Part shown: positions 20,930 to 30,646 of the stretch, piece by piece
Position numbering within the stretch: the first letter of the stretch is position 1
How the letters are laid out: each line of letters opens with the position of its first letter
Sequence record: SRR31156797_2215
Strand: one strand, 5' to 3'
DNA length: 64,000 nucleotides
Made by a program: the position numbers and the translations under genes
Notes under the pieces: model-generated
Told to the model about the DNA's origin: nothing
The model's input: the letters and a program-made list of their open reading frames with translations, nothing else
Database searches by the model: none

Positions 20930-20958
20930 TTGACAGCGGTTGCCAAGCATGTTTCAAT
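20930..20958 (+). promoter_or_regulatory. Promoter of the ManD/RspA-like gene with cre-like overlap
   Basis: TTGACA-17-TTCAAT; TGACAGCGGTTGCC overlaps the -35. Confidence 0.55.
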
Positions 20959-20987
20959 GGCTATAGCAACTAGAGACAAAAATTGGA

Positions 20988-22196
20988 GTGAATGAAATGA
21001 CACCAACGATCATCACCGACGTCAAAGCCTTTGCGATCAAACCTGATCGTCATAACCTTGTTGTCGTTAAAGTAGAAACGAACAAAGGCGTATCTGGGTT
21101 AGGTTGTGCAACCTTCCAGTTTCGCCCACTAGCCGTAAAAACCGTCGTTGACGAGTATTTACGCCCCCTCTTACTTGGCCGCGATGCCAATCAAATCGAA
21201 GATCTTTGGCAAGTGATGAATGTCAATTCTTACTGGCGGAATGGTCCGATCACCAACAATGCCATCTCAGGAGTCGACATGGCTTTATGGGACATCAAGG
21301 GACAATTAGCCGATATGCCATTGTATCAACTGTTAGGTGGAAAAGCGCGTACGGCGATTCCCGCCTATACCCATGCCGTGGCAGATAATCTCGAAGACCT
21401 TTATCAAGAAATCGATCGCTTCTTGGCTGAGGGCTATCGCTATATCCGTTGCCAATTAGGCTTTTATGGTGGAAATCCTAGCCAACTGCAAACACCCGAT
21501 CAGCCCATCGCTGGTTCCTATTTTGATCAAACAGACTACATGGACACAACACTGAAAATGTTTGCTGCGATCCAAGAACGATACGGCAATCAATTTCAAA
21601 TGCTGCATGACGTGCATGAACGGCTGCATCCAAACCAAGCGATTCAATTTGCAAAAGCCGCTGAGCCTTTCAATCTCTTTTTCCTAGAAGATATTTTGCC
21701 GCCGGATCAAAACAAGTGGTTGCAGCAACTCCGCAGCCAGTCGGCGACCCCGATCGCGACCGGCGAATTGTTCAATAATCCGATGGAATGGCAAGAGCTA
21801 GTCAAAAATCAACAGATTGACTTTATGCGTGCCCATGTCTCACAAATCGGTGGGATCACGCCAGCATTGAAATTGGCTCACTTCTGCGATGCGATGGGCA
21901 TTCGGATCGCTTGGCATACGCCGTCTGATATCAGCCCTGTCGGCTTAGCCGTCAACACCCATCTAAATATCCATCTCCACAATGCCGCGATCCAAGAAAC
22001 GATTGCGATCCCAGCAAATACCCAGTCGGTCTTTGGTGGTAGTCCACAACCTGAAAACGGCTATTTTTATCCCATCGAGAAAAGTGGGATTGGGATCACG
22101 TTCGATGAAGTAGCAGCTGCGGAATTTCCCGTGGTTTACCGTCCTCACGAATGGACCCAGAGCCGTACACCAGACGGCACTTTGATCACTCCTTAA
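20988..22196 (+). CDS. Enolase-superfamily acid-sugar dehydratase, ManD/RspA subgroup
   Basis: [18 protein letters not shown]...YG, LHDVHER, FLED, GELF, GGITP, WHTP.D. Confidence 0.9.
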   Translation: MNEMTPTIITDVKAFAIKPDRHNLVVVKVETNKGVSGLGCATFQFRPLAVKTVVDEYLRPLLLGRDANQIEDLWQVMNVNSYWRNGPITNNAISGVDMALWDIKGQLADMPLYQLLGGKARTAIPAYTHAVADNLEDLYQEIDRFLAEGYRYIRCQLGFYGGNPSQLQTPDQPIAGSYFDQTDYMDTTLKMFAAIQERYGNQFQMLHDVHERLHPNQAIQFAKAAEPFNLFFLEDILPPDQNKWLQQLRSQSATPIATGELFNNPMEWQELVKNQQIDFMRAHVSQIGGITPALKLAHFCDAMGIRIAWHTPSDISPVGLAVNTHLNIHLHNAAIQETIAIPANTQSVFGGSPQPENGYFYPIEKSGIGITFDEVAAAEFPVVYRPHEWTQSRTPDGTLITP

Positions 22197-22204
22197 ACAC
22201 AACA

Positions 22205-22241
22205 AAAGACATCCCCTGTCCAATCGACAGGGGATGTCTTT
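22205..22241. terminator. Bidirectional intrinsic terminator
   Basis: aaagacatcccctgtc...gacaggggatgtcttt. Confidence 0.85.
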
Positions 22242-22291
22242 GTTCTCTCTGGGTAAAGACGACGCAACTGGCACATTTGCTTTCCTAAAAA

Positions 22292-22999
22292 TCAATCGAT
22301 GCGTGAGCGATGGATCTCACGGTCAAAGGGACGGATGTAGGTCACGGCATAATCAATGGCAACGATATTGCTGAACTCATACACGCGGCCGTCTTCTAAA
22401 ATCGCCCGATTGCTGATCTGCATTGCCGGCGTCCCCCGCTTGCACAATAAAATACCCGATTGCGCGGTCGATGTGGTGATGGGGGTATAGCTTGTGATGT
22501 AGTGGGAAATGCGGTACCCGCAGCTTTCGACATAGCGTTGGATCGAGTGCTCCACGATTTCTTGTGTCAATTCGGGAAATAGGCTGACGGGCAATTTAGA
22601 CGTTTCCAGCTGTTCGATTTTGTAATTGACGATCCGCACTCGTTCAAAGGTCCAGACTTCCTCGTCCGGGCCTATTTGGAAAATCTGCTGTTCATCCAAC
22701 GTTGCTGCCGCCTTATTCAAGGAAATCATTGTGGAATGGATGCGGTCATAAGGGGTGCGGGTCAAGGAATTAAAGATCATTGGGTTTTTGACCCATTTTT
22801 CATGGATAAAAATCCCTGAACCTTGTACCACTTTGACGATCCCGATCTCTTCAAGGTTTTTAATTGCTTGCTGGATCGTAAACCGAGAAACGCCATAGGT
22901 TTGCGCAAGGGTTCTTTGGTTGGGTAATTTGCCAGCAGAAAATTCTTCCTGATAGATTTTACTCAACAGATCTTGCACGATAAATTCACGTTTTTTCAT
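22292..22999 (-). CDS. GntR family regulator, HutC/UTRA subfamily
   Basis: LPNQRTLAQTYGVSRFTI wHTH, QGSGIFI; C-terminal UTRA-like domain; start MKKREF after AAGGAG. Confidence 0.88.
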   Translation of the reverse strand: MKKREFIVQDLLSKIYQEEFSAGKLPNQRTLAQTYGVSRFTIQQAIKNLEEIGIVKVVQGSGIFIHEKWVKNPMIFNSLTRTPYDRIHSTMISLNKAAATLDEQQIFQIGPDEEVWTFERVRIVNYKIEQLETSKLPVSLFPELTQEIVEHSIQRYVESCGYRISHYITSYTPITTSTAQSGILLCKRGTPAMQISNRAILEDGRVYEFSNIVAIDYAVTYIRPFDREIHRSRID

Positions 23000-23322
23000 A
23001 ATGGCTCCTTCATTTGAGCGGGAGCGATCTCGCTCATGGACCAACTGCAAGCCTTCATATCGATACGTCCACTGGCTTTGAAGACCACCCCTTCATCGAC
23101 GAGTGCTGCTTTTCGCACATTGGCGGAGGGACCAACTAAGACGCCATCTGCCCGCACGACTCGATGAGCAGGGACATCCTGAGGGCTCAAGCGCATCGCT
23201 CGACCGACTGCCCGTGCGCCGTTGATTTGTCCCAATTTCCACGCAATCTGACTATAGGAGACGACTTTACCAAAAGGGATCTGCCGCGCCAACGCATAGA
23301 CTTCTTCATAGAATGGATTCAT
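22996..23322 (-). CDS. Alkyltransferase-like (ATL, MGMT family) protein
   Basis: IPFGKVVSYSQIA, ARAVG and PAHRV (Ala replaces the catalytic Cys of PCHRV). Confidence 0.85.
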   Translation of the reverse strand: MNPFYEEVYALARQIPFGKVVSYSQIAWKLGQINGARAVGRAMRLSPQDVPAHRVVRADGVLVGPSANVRKAALVDEGVVFKASGRIDMKACSWSMSEIAPAQMKEPL

Positions 23323-23461
23323 ACTACTCGCTCCTTCTTTGATTCTTTCTATCATAGTACTGGATTCCCTGCCAATAGTAAATGACCAGACGCAACTTTA
23401 GCAATAGCCATCCAAACACTCGATTCCTTCTCTAGCAAGCCAAGAACGAATCGAGTAGTCA

Positions 23462-24850
23462 TTAGTTTGGAAAATCAAAGTAGGTTTTCGCATTGTGATA
23501 GGAGATGTCTGCGACGATCTGCCCTAAATACATTTCATCTGCTGGCAGTTGTCCGTCTTCCACCCATTCACTGATCACCTGACACAAAATCCGCCGGAAA
23601 TACTCGTGGCGTGGGTAAGACAAAAAGCTGCGAGAATCCGTCAGCATGCCGACGAAGTTTCCGAGAATCCCGCCTTCTGCTAGGGTCGTCAACTGATGCC
23701 GCATGCCAGAATACGTATCATTGAACCACCAAGCAGAGCCTAATTGCAGCTTACCTTTGCTTTCTTCTTGGAACGCCCCCATCAGCGCAGTCAACACCGG
23801 ATAATCTTTGGGATTCAGTGAATACAAAATTGTCTTCGGCAGTAAGCTTTCCGCCTGAAGCTGCGCCAATGTCCGACTTAAGCCGTTCGCTAGACGGTCG
23901 TCCCCCATCGCATCACCGCCGCTATCAGGTCCTCGTTGTTGGAAAAGTTTTTGACTGTTGTTGCGAGTCGCCATCAGATGCAATTGCGCGGTCCAGCCTT
24001 GTTTCGCATATTGGCGCATCAAGTCAATCAGCAAGCCGGTTTGAAACTGTCTGATTTCTTCATCAGTCAGTGTCTCAGTGGTCAAACGCTTTTGAAAAAT
24101 CGCTTCAAGTGCAGCGCCATCATAAGCTTCCTCTCCAAGACGTGACAGACTGTGATCTGCTAAACGACAACCTTGTTGCTGGAAGTAGGAAATACGCACG
24201 GTCAATGCTTCAACCAGCGTTTGATAGCTAGTGATCTCTTTGCTCGCAGCTGCAGCCAATTGCTTAAGGTACGCTGGAAATTCTGGATTCTGCAGATTGA
24301 TTGCTTTGTCAGGACGAAAGGTAGGATACACGGCAAAGGATTCTTCTGCCAGCTTTTGATGATACGTCAACGAATCAATGGGATCATCCGTCGTACAGAT
24401 CACCTCAACAACCATCTTTTTGATCAGCCCTCGTGGTGAAAATTCCTTCGTTTGCAGCTGTTGATTGGCTTTTTCCCAAATGCTTGCTGCATTGGCTAGT
24501 GTCAACCGCTCATCAATACCAAAGATTCGCTTCAATTCCAAATTGGTCCAGACATATAATGGATTGCCAATGCAAGCCTCCAAGGTCTGCGCCCAAGCAC
24601 AGAATTTTTCGTAGTCATCAGCATCGCCAGTGATTAAAGATTCTGCAACACCATTGGCACGCATCAAGCGCCATTTGTAATGGTCCCCCGCCAGCCACGC
24701 TTGGGTGAGATTGGTGAAGTTTTGGTTTTCGAAAATCTCTTTCGGCTCTAAATGGCAATGGTAATCAATGATCGGCTGCTTTTTTGCATACTCATGGTAC
24801 AACTGTTTGGCAAAGCTGTTTTTCAAAATAAAATCGTCAGTTAAAAACAT
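23462..24850 (-). CDS. uxaC: Glucuronate isomerase
   Basis: IIDYHCHL, GDHYKWR, CTTDDP, G.AWWFND, GMLTDSRSFLSYPRHEYFRR. Confidence 0.96.
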   Translation of the reverse strand: MFLTDDFILKNSFAKQLYHEYAKKQPIIDYHCHLEPKEIFENQNFTNLTQAWLAGDHYKWRLMRANGVAESLITGDADDYEKFCAWAQTLEACIGNPLYVWTNLELKRIFGIDERLTLANAASIWEKANQQLQTKEFSPRGLIKKMVVEVICTTDDPIDSLTYHQKLAEESFAVYPTFRPDKAINLQNPEFPAYLKQLAAAASKEITSYQTLVEALTVRISYFQQQGCRLADHSLSRLGEEAYDGAALEAIFQKRLTTETLTDEEIRQFQTGLLIDLMRQYAKQGWTAQLHLMATRNNSQKLFQQRGPDSGGDAMGDDRLANGLSRTLAQLQAESLLPKTILYSLNPKDYPVLTALMGAFQEESKGKLQLGSAWWFNDTYSGMRHQLTTLAEGGILGNFVGMLTDSRSFLSYPRHEYFRRILCQVISEWVEDGQLPADEMYLGQIVADISYHNAKTYFDFPN

Positions 24851-24866
24851 TTCTTCGCTCCTTTTC

Positions 24867-25943
24867 TTAACGCCCCACGCTCTTGTCGATGGCTTCCCAC
24901 AACCCTAATAAGTAGGAAGCGCCGATCGCCCGATCATATAAGCCATAGCCTGGACGTCCCGTTTCTCCCCAGATCATTCGCCCATGATCTGGTCGAATAT
25001 AGCCGTCAAAGCCATTTTTGTACATCGCTTCTAGGATCTGATATATGTCTAACGAGCCTTCAGAGGAGAGATGCGGTGCTTCATAAAAGTCTTTGTCATT
25101 GCCCAAGTATTGAATGTTACGAACATGGGCAAAAGGAATCCGATCCCGGCGACAAAACTCAGCCAAAATCTCATAGACATTATTGGCTGGGTCTTCGGCG
25201 ATACTGCCAGTACAAAGTGTGATGCCATTTGACGGACTGTCGACCACGTTACAGACCCAATCCAGATCATCACGGTTTTTAACGATACGAGGCAGACCAA
25301 AAATCGAATAGGGAGGATCATCTGGATGAACAGCCATCTTGATGCCGACCTCTTCGCAGATGGGAATGATGGCCTTTAGGAAATAAGCAAAGTTTTCTCT
25401 TAATTTGTCATCATCGACATCCTTATACGCAGCAAACAATTCTTTGACATGTGCCAAACGTTCTGGTTCCCAGCCTGGCAAGGTATAGCCAGAGCTTGAC
25501 TCCTCAACTTCTTTGACGATCTCTTCTGGGTCTTTGTCGATCCCTGCTTTTTCAAATGCCATCGTAGAAGAACCATCGGCTAAGCGATAATCGAGATCCG
25601 TTTTGATCCAATCAAAAATCGGCATAAAATTATAGCAGATCACTTCGATCCCGTATGCTGCCAAATTACGAATCGTTTCTTTGTAGTTTTCGATATACAG
25701 GTCTCTCGAAGGCAAGCCAATCTTGATGTCATCATGAATATTGACACTTTCGATCACCTTCAGAGAAAGTCCAGCTGCTTCGACTTCTTCCACGAGCGCC
25801 TTGATCCGTTCTTTGGGCCAAACTGCCCCAGCAGGCAAATCAAAAAGTGTGCCGACGATGCCTTTCATCCCAGGAATTTGACGGATATCTGCTAACTTGA
25901 TTTTATCGTATTCTTTTCCATACCAACGAAATGTCATTTCCAT
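24867..25943 (-). CDS. uxuA: Mannonate dehydratase
   Basis: MEMTFRWYG, CYNFMP, LPGW, HPDDPP, RPDHG, PGYGLYDRA. Confidence 0.96.
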   Translation of the reverse strand: MEMTFRWYGKEYDKIKLADIRQIPGMKGIVGTLFDLPAGAVWPKERIKALVEEVEAAGLSLKVIESVNIHDDIKIGLPSRDLYIENYKETIRNLAAYGIEVICYNFMPIFDWIKTDLDYRLADGSSTMAFEKAGIDKDPEEIVKEVEESSSGYTLPGWEPERLAHVKELFAAYKDVDDDKLRENFAYFLKAIIPICEEVGIKMAVHPDDPPYSIFGLPRIVKNRDDLDWVCNVVDSPSNGITLCTGSIAEDPANNVYEILAEFCRRDRIPFAHVRNIQYLGNDKDFYEAPHLSSEGSLDIYQILEAMYKNGFDGYIRPDHGRMIWGETGRPGYGLYDRAIGASYLLGLWEAIDKSVGR

Positions 25944-25946
25944 TTT

Positions 25947-27542
25947 TTATTCGATCCCTTCTACTGTTTCATGTAATGTTTTACGAACTGCGCCGGTTCC
26001 TGTTAGCATCTTAGCGAACAAGTGACCCACGTTTTCAGCGATTCCTGCTTGATAGAGATCCAAACCAAAAATCTGCGGATTTGCTAAGATTGGTCGAATG
26101 ATCTCTTGAACATCGGCGGCTGACCCCAACTGACACTCATGTAAAATCTCTTGCAATTCTGCTAAGAGGGGATCAGGACTTGGGACAAATGGATGGCCTT
26201 CATCATCGATCGCTAAGAGATAACGCAACCAGCCAGCAATCGCTAAGGGAATGAAAGTCAGCTCAGAAGCCGAGCCTTCTTTCTCCACATACTTTTTGAT
26301 GGTTTCGCCAAAACGGATGGCGATTTTCTGTGAGGTGTCTGCGGCGATGCGCTGTGGGGTGTCAGGAATCAGCGGATTCGGTAAACGAAGACCGACCACC
26401 TCATCGATAAATTTCTTTGGCTGAATGATCTCAGGATCTTCCACTACCGGCAAGCCTTCACGATAGCCGATTCCTTTGATCAAAGCGACAATATCTGGAT
26501 CGGTCATTTCCGCAGCAATGGATGTATAGCCGAGTAAACAGCCGAACAAACTCATTGCCGTATGCAGTGGATTCAAACAAGTTGTGACTTTCATACTATC
26601 GGTTTTGTCTACGATCTCTCGACTCGTCAAGATCACCCCCGCTTTATCCAAATTCGGGCGGCCATTTGGAAAATCATCTTCAATCACTAAGTAATGAGTC
26701 GCCTCTGTATTAGCAAACGGAGCGATCGTCGTTCCTTTATCGGTTCGGATGACTGGCAACTGCTGAATGCCAGCTGCTGCTAATTCTTCTGCAACTGCTG
26801 TTGAAGGATTTGGCGTAATCCGATCGATCATTGACCACGGAAACGTCACTTGCGCGTTGTTTTCTAAGTATCGGACAAACGCTTCTGAAACATGCCCCAG
26901 CTTTTGCCACTCTTTTGCGATGGTGACCATCGCCGTTTGGAAACGGAGCCCATTTTGCGAGAAATTATCGGTGGAGACCATAGCGATCGGAAGAGCCCCT
27001 AATTGAAAACGATCCCATAAAAAGCTAGCCAAAATGCTCATTGTATGGTTGACCTGATGGGGACCCGCAGCGAGATCCGCTTGTACGACAGGTAAAAAAT
27101 TCCCCTGACTGTCTTTTAAGCCATAGCCTTTTTCTGTGATTGTTACGGTAACCAATTGTAGTGACGGCTCACGAAATACTTTGCGTATTTGCTCATAACT
27201 CGCAATGCGGGAAGGATGGCAATAATGACTAGCCGCCGTTGACTGGAGCAATTTTTTCTCCAACCGTCCCCCTTCATGCATGACCACTTCTAAAATATCA
27301 TTCTCGTAAGGGGCATATACTTGATCAATCACCTGTTCATCAAAGGTTTCACAAACTACGATTCCTTTTGTCAGCGCTTGTTGATCGATCAACGTTTGGG
27401 CTACTTCTGCGTGAAATGCCCGATACAAATTTCCCCCACCAAAGTGTAACCATTGAAACTGAGTATCTGATTGATCCGTCACTTCTTTGGGAACGATCGG
27501 CATCGTAACTCCTGCCTGCTTCAAGGCAGCAAAATCAAACAT
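25947..27542 (-). CDS. uxuB: Mannitol-dehydrogenase-family fructuronate reductase (D-mannonate oxidoreductase)
   Basis: HFGGGN..RA, TITEKGY, S.DN, MIDRITP, KV..CLN..H, DTSQK; first gene of uxuA-uxaC operon. Confidence 0.8.
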   Translation of the reverse strand: MFDFAALKQAGVTMPIVPKEVTDQSDTQFQWLHFGGGNLYRAFHAEVAQTLIDQQALTKGIVVCETFDEQVIDQVYAPYENDILEVVMHEGGRLEKKLLQSTAASHYCHPSRIASYEQIRKVFREPSLQLVTVTITEKGYGLKDSQGNFLPVVQADLAAGPHQVNHTMSILASFLWDRFQLGALPIAMVSTDNFSQNGLRFQTAMVTIAKEWQKLGHVSEAFVRYLENNAQVTFPWSMIDRITPNPSTAVAEELAAAGIQQLPVIRTDKGTTIAPFANTEATHYLVIEDDFPNGRPNLDKAGVILTSREIVDKTDSMKVTTCLNPLHTAMSLFGCLLGYTSIAAEMTDPDIVALIKGIGYREGLPVVEDPEIIQPKKFIDEVVGLRLPNPLIPDTPQRIAADTSQKIAIRFGETIKKYVEKEGSASELTFIPLAIAGWLRYLLAIDDEGHPFVPSPDPLLAELQEILHECQLGSAADVQEIIRPILANPQIFGLDLYQAGIAENVGHLFAKMLTGTGAVRKTLHETVEGIE

Positions 27543-27564
27543 CCTACTTCCTCCTTTCTCTCAA

Positions 27565-27644
27565 AACTGATATATTAGTATTCTAGTTCATTCTATGCTG
27601 AATTGCAAGCCTTTACAAAAGGTTATTCAACTTATATACTAGTT
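27565..27644. promoter_or_regulatory. Putative GntR/UxuR operators and cre between uxu operon and regulator
   Basis: Related AT dyads AACTGATATATTAGT, ATTAGTATTCTAGTT and AACTTATATACTAGTT; TGCAAGCCTTTACA cre-like at 27604-27617. Confidence 0.5.
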
Positions 27645-27730
27645 TTATTACTCAAAACTATCCCTAGGCACCTTCCTTCAGAGTTTTTCTTTAGAAGGTA
27701 ATTGAATGCCTGATACAGAAAGAAGCGTTT

Positions 27731-28399
27731 ATGTTGAACCCTACAAATTTTCAATCACAAGCTTATGAATCAATCAAAGAGTTGATCTTAACCGCCAAAC
27801 TGATTCCCGGTCAAAAAATATCTGAAAAGGAATTGGAGCAACGGCTAACCATTGGCAGAACGCCGATCCGTGAAGCAATTATTCGTCTGCGCCGTGAAGC
27901 ACTGATCCATGTCGTTCCCCAAAGCGGCACCTATATTTCTAAAATCAGTATCAAACAAATTGAAGAAGCTCGTTTTGTCAGAGAGACGCTTGAAAAAGAA
28001 GTATTCGTAGCGGCTTGCCAAGCCATTACAGAAGAGCAGCTGAAAAAACTAGAAAAACTCGTTATTTTGCAGCGGACCTATGCCCAATTGAAGGATGAAA
28101 TCGAGTTTTTCCAACTCGACGAGGCCTTCCATCAGTTGATCTATAAGATTGCCGACAAAGAAAATGTCTGGAATTGGCTACAAACGATCAATCTGCCTTT
28201 AAATCGCTTCCGCTTCTTACGTTTAGAGGTGGAGGAATTGTCTTGGGAAATTATTTTGCGGGATCACGAAGAAATCTTAGCCACTTTAAAAGAAAAAGAC
28301 CAAGCCAAAATTGCTCCCTTGGTCGGACAACACATTGATGTCATTGATAACGATTTGATTTTTGTGGAAAAGGCCTTTCCCGATTACTTTACGGAGTAA
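27731..28399 (+). CDS. GntR/FadR (FCD) regulator, probable hexuronate repressor
   Basis: GRTPIREA wHTH, DEAFH, H.EI; divergent from uxu operon. Confidence 0.88.
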   Translation: MLNPTNFQSQAYESIKELILTAKLIPGQKISEKELEQRLTIGRTPIREAIIRLRREALIHVVPQSGTYISKISIKQIEEARFVRETLEKEVFVAACQAITEEQLKKLEKLVILQRTYAQLKDEIEFFQLDEAFHQLIYKIADKENVWNWLQTINLPLNRFRFLRLEVEELSWEIILRDHEEILATLKEKDQAKIAPLVGQHIDVIDNDLIFVEKAFPDYFTE

Positions 28400-28424
28400 A
28401 GCTATTTGAAAATCATGGACCTTA

Positions 28425-28471
28425 AAAACCACCCTCGTCGAGTAGATTGCCTACTTGACGAGGGTGGTTTC
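28425..28471. terminator. Bidirectional intrinsic terminator
   Basis: aaaccaccctcgtc...gacgagggtggttt. Confidence 0.8.
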
Positions 28472-28496
28472 ATACGCTGAACAAGCGAGAATACGC

Positions 28497-29333
28497 TCAT
28501 TCGATTGGGTGATAACTAAAGCCTTGGCCCAGTACTTCTGAGACATTATTGACGATCACAAACGCTTTTGGGTCAATGGTCTCAATGATTTGTCTGATCT
28601 GCATAAATTCTTGGTCGCTGGCCACGATCAACAGTACTTGTTTGTCTGCTTGCTGGTAGCCGCCTTGGGCAGCCAATAGTGTGGCACCACGAGCTGTTTT
28701 ATCAAAGACTGCTTCTCGAATCTCGTTCACGTGGTTCTCACTTAAGATCATGATGGATTTCTTCCGGTTAAAGCCCGTTTCAATGTAGGTCATCACACCA
28801 GAGGTGATCACGATCGATAATATCGCAAACAAGAACTCTTCAAACCCGAAAACGAACAAGTTCATGGAGACCACGATCGCATCGGTCGCCAGCAAGCCAA
28901 TCGCTGGATTCAAATTAAAGTATTTCTTGAAAATCAGCGGTGGAATCGTTGTACCACCGCTAGAAGATTGATTTTTGTACAAAATCGCTACTCCTAAAGC
29001 AAAAATCGCACTGCCAAATATCACGGAAAGCAGCCGATCTTCAGCCACCATATATTCTGGGACTAAAGCAATTGCTATTGGAAAAGCAAAACTACCATAG
29101 AGGACTTTCAAAAAAGGCCCCTTCCCTAAAAAGGCATAGGCAAGAATAAGCATGAGAATATTCAAGACCATGATCACAGCCGCTCGATCCCAACCGAGGG
29201 CTGACTCTAATAAAATACCGATTCCGCTGACACCGCCAGCTGCCACATGATGCGGGCCTAAAAATAAATTGATGCTTGCCGCTAACAAGAAAAGTGCTGC
29301 GGTGATTTTTCCATAGGTTTTCAGAATTGTCAT
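28497..29333 (-). CDS. YitT family membrane protein (DUF2179 C-terminus)
   Basis: AGGVSGI, SSGGT, RGAT, G.Y, IDPKAFV...V.EVLG.GF. Confidence 0.9.
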   Translation of the reverse strand: MTILKTYGKITAALFLLAASINLFLGPHHVAAGGVSGIGILLESALGWDRAAVIMVLNILMLILAYAFLGKGPFLKVLYGSFAFPIAIALVPEYMVAEDRLLSVIFGSAIFALGVAILYKNQSSSGGTTIPPLIFKKYFNLNPAIGLLATDAIVVSMNLFVFGFEEFLFAILSIVITSGVMTYIETGFNRKKSIMILSENHVNEIREAVFDKTARGATLLAAQGGYQQADKQVLLIVASDQEFMQIRQIIETIDPKAFVIVNNVSEVLGQGFSYHPIE

Positions 29334-29391
29334 TTGTTTCCTCTTTTCTCTGTCATTTTCACGGTTTATTCAAGCCGCTTTGCAGCCATTC

Positions 29392-30312
29392 TTACTCCTC
29401 ACTATACGCCCATTTGATGTCACCGACAAAATTTATGTTTAGCCAGAGGGAATAACCGGAAATCTGTTGGCTGATTGCTTGATTCAATCGTTCTCGCAAG
29501 GGATCTTGCCGCCCAACTGTATCGAGAGGTGTTGCAGGTAAAATCACCACATCTAATTCCACAATGACTTGATTGCCGACTTTGGCGGTACGTAACACAA
29601 AGTCCACCACTTCTTCTGCGCGCAGTTCTTTTTCAACGATCGTCATGATGGACTCTCGTAGTTCTTCTTTCGGAGTTGAAGAAGTCAATTCCAGAATGGC
29701 CGCTTTCAACTCTTTAATCGAAAGCTGAATAAAGAACAAGGTGATCCCGATGGAGATGATTGGGTCGACATACATCGCGAAATTTCCATAGGGACTGGCT
29801 TGAATCAGCCATGACACAAGAAATGAACCGACGACACCCAGACTAAAGAAAAAGCCGAAACGCCATTGTTCTAGTTCTACCCAGTAAAAGGGATGAGTCA
29901 GTGGTTTCTTTTTTAAGTACAAGTAAAAAGAGAAACAGTAGATCGTACCAATCAGCGAGAAATACAAACCGATTGGATCAATCATGCCATCACTGACGTG
30001 TAATAAACTAAAAGCAGATTCAATGATTCCATAAATTGAGATCAGCAAGATGATACTATATTGAATAAAAACAACCAACGGCATCAACGCTTCTTTGCCG
30101 AATGGGAAACGTTCAAAGTCTTGGGCTTGGATATATTTTGCCACATACAAAGCAATCAGTGACATCACTGCACCAATCAATGTATAAACACCATCTAACA
30201 AGAGGACGTTATAACTGACCAGTAACCCAAAAAGCAAGGCACCGCCGCCATAGATACTCCCAGCGACAATCGATGCCAGCAAAAGCTTGCGTATTTTTTT
30301 CTTTTCACTCAT
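29392..30312 (-). CDS. Cation diffusion facilitator-like transporter (atypical)
   Basis: S..LLLDG, RFPFG, YVDP, K.G...VELD CDF pattern; start MSEKKK after AGGAG. Confidence 0.75.
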   Translation of the reverse strand: MSEKKKIRKLLLASIVAGSIYGGGALLFGLLVSYNVLLLDGVYTLIGAVMSLIALYVAKYIQAQDFERFPFGKEALMPLVVFIQYSIILLISIYGIIESAFSLLHVSDGMIDPIGLYFSLIGTIYCFSFYLYLKKKPLTHPFYWVELEQWRFGFFFSLGVVGSFLVSWLIQASPYGNFAMYVDPIISIGITLFFIQLSIKELKAAILELTSSTPKEELRESIMTIVEKELRAEEVVDFVLRTAKVGNQVIVELDVVILPATPLDTVGRQDPLRERLNQAISQQISGYSLWLNINFVGDIKWAYSEE

Positions 30313-30646
30313 AATACTCCTCTTTCTTTTTTTCAAAGAAACTATCAATTTGATTGCATTCTTCTATCTATAAGCCTATCTTCCCATATAAATAACATAA
30401 AAAACAGTCAATTTTTTCATACAAAGCGGAAAAAAATAGTATTGCTGTCAATCATTCACTCTATTCTCTAGTGATGCATATTCGATCTTTCTATTCCACT
30501 CTTTTTACATTCTGGTGTAAATCCCCTTGACTACGCGGATTGATTCCCTTATCATCAAGGGTAACCATATTCAATCAGAATTTTCAGAATATTCCGTTAT
30601 ATTTTTCATAACGGCGATTCATTGGAAGACAGGGAGGATGAAGAGA

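Noticed and set aside
30527-30646. Extended N-terminus of the YrdC-like ORF
   Set aside because: It overlaps promoter-like elements, and the clear SD is at 30633-30637.
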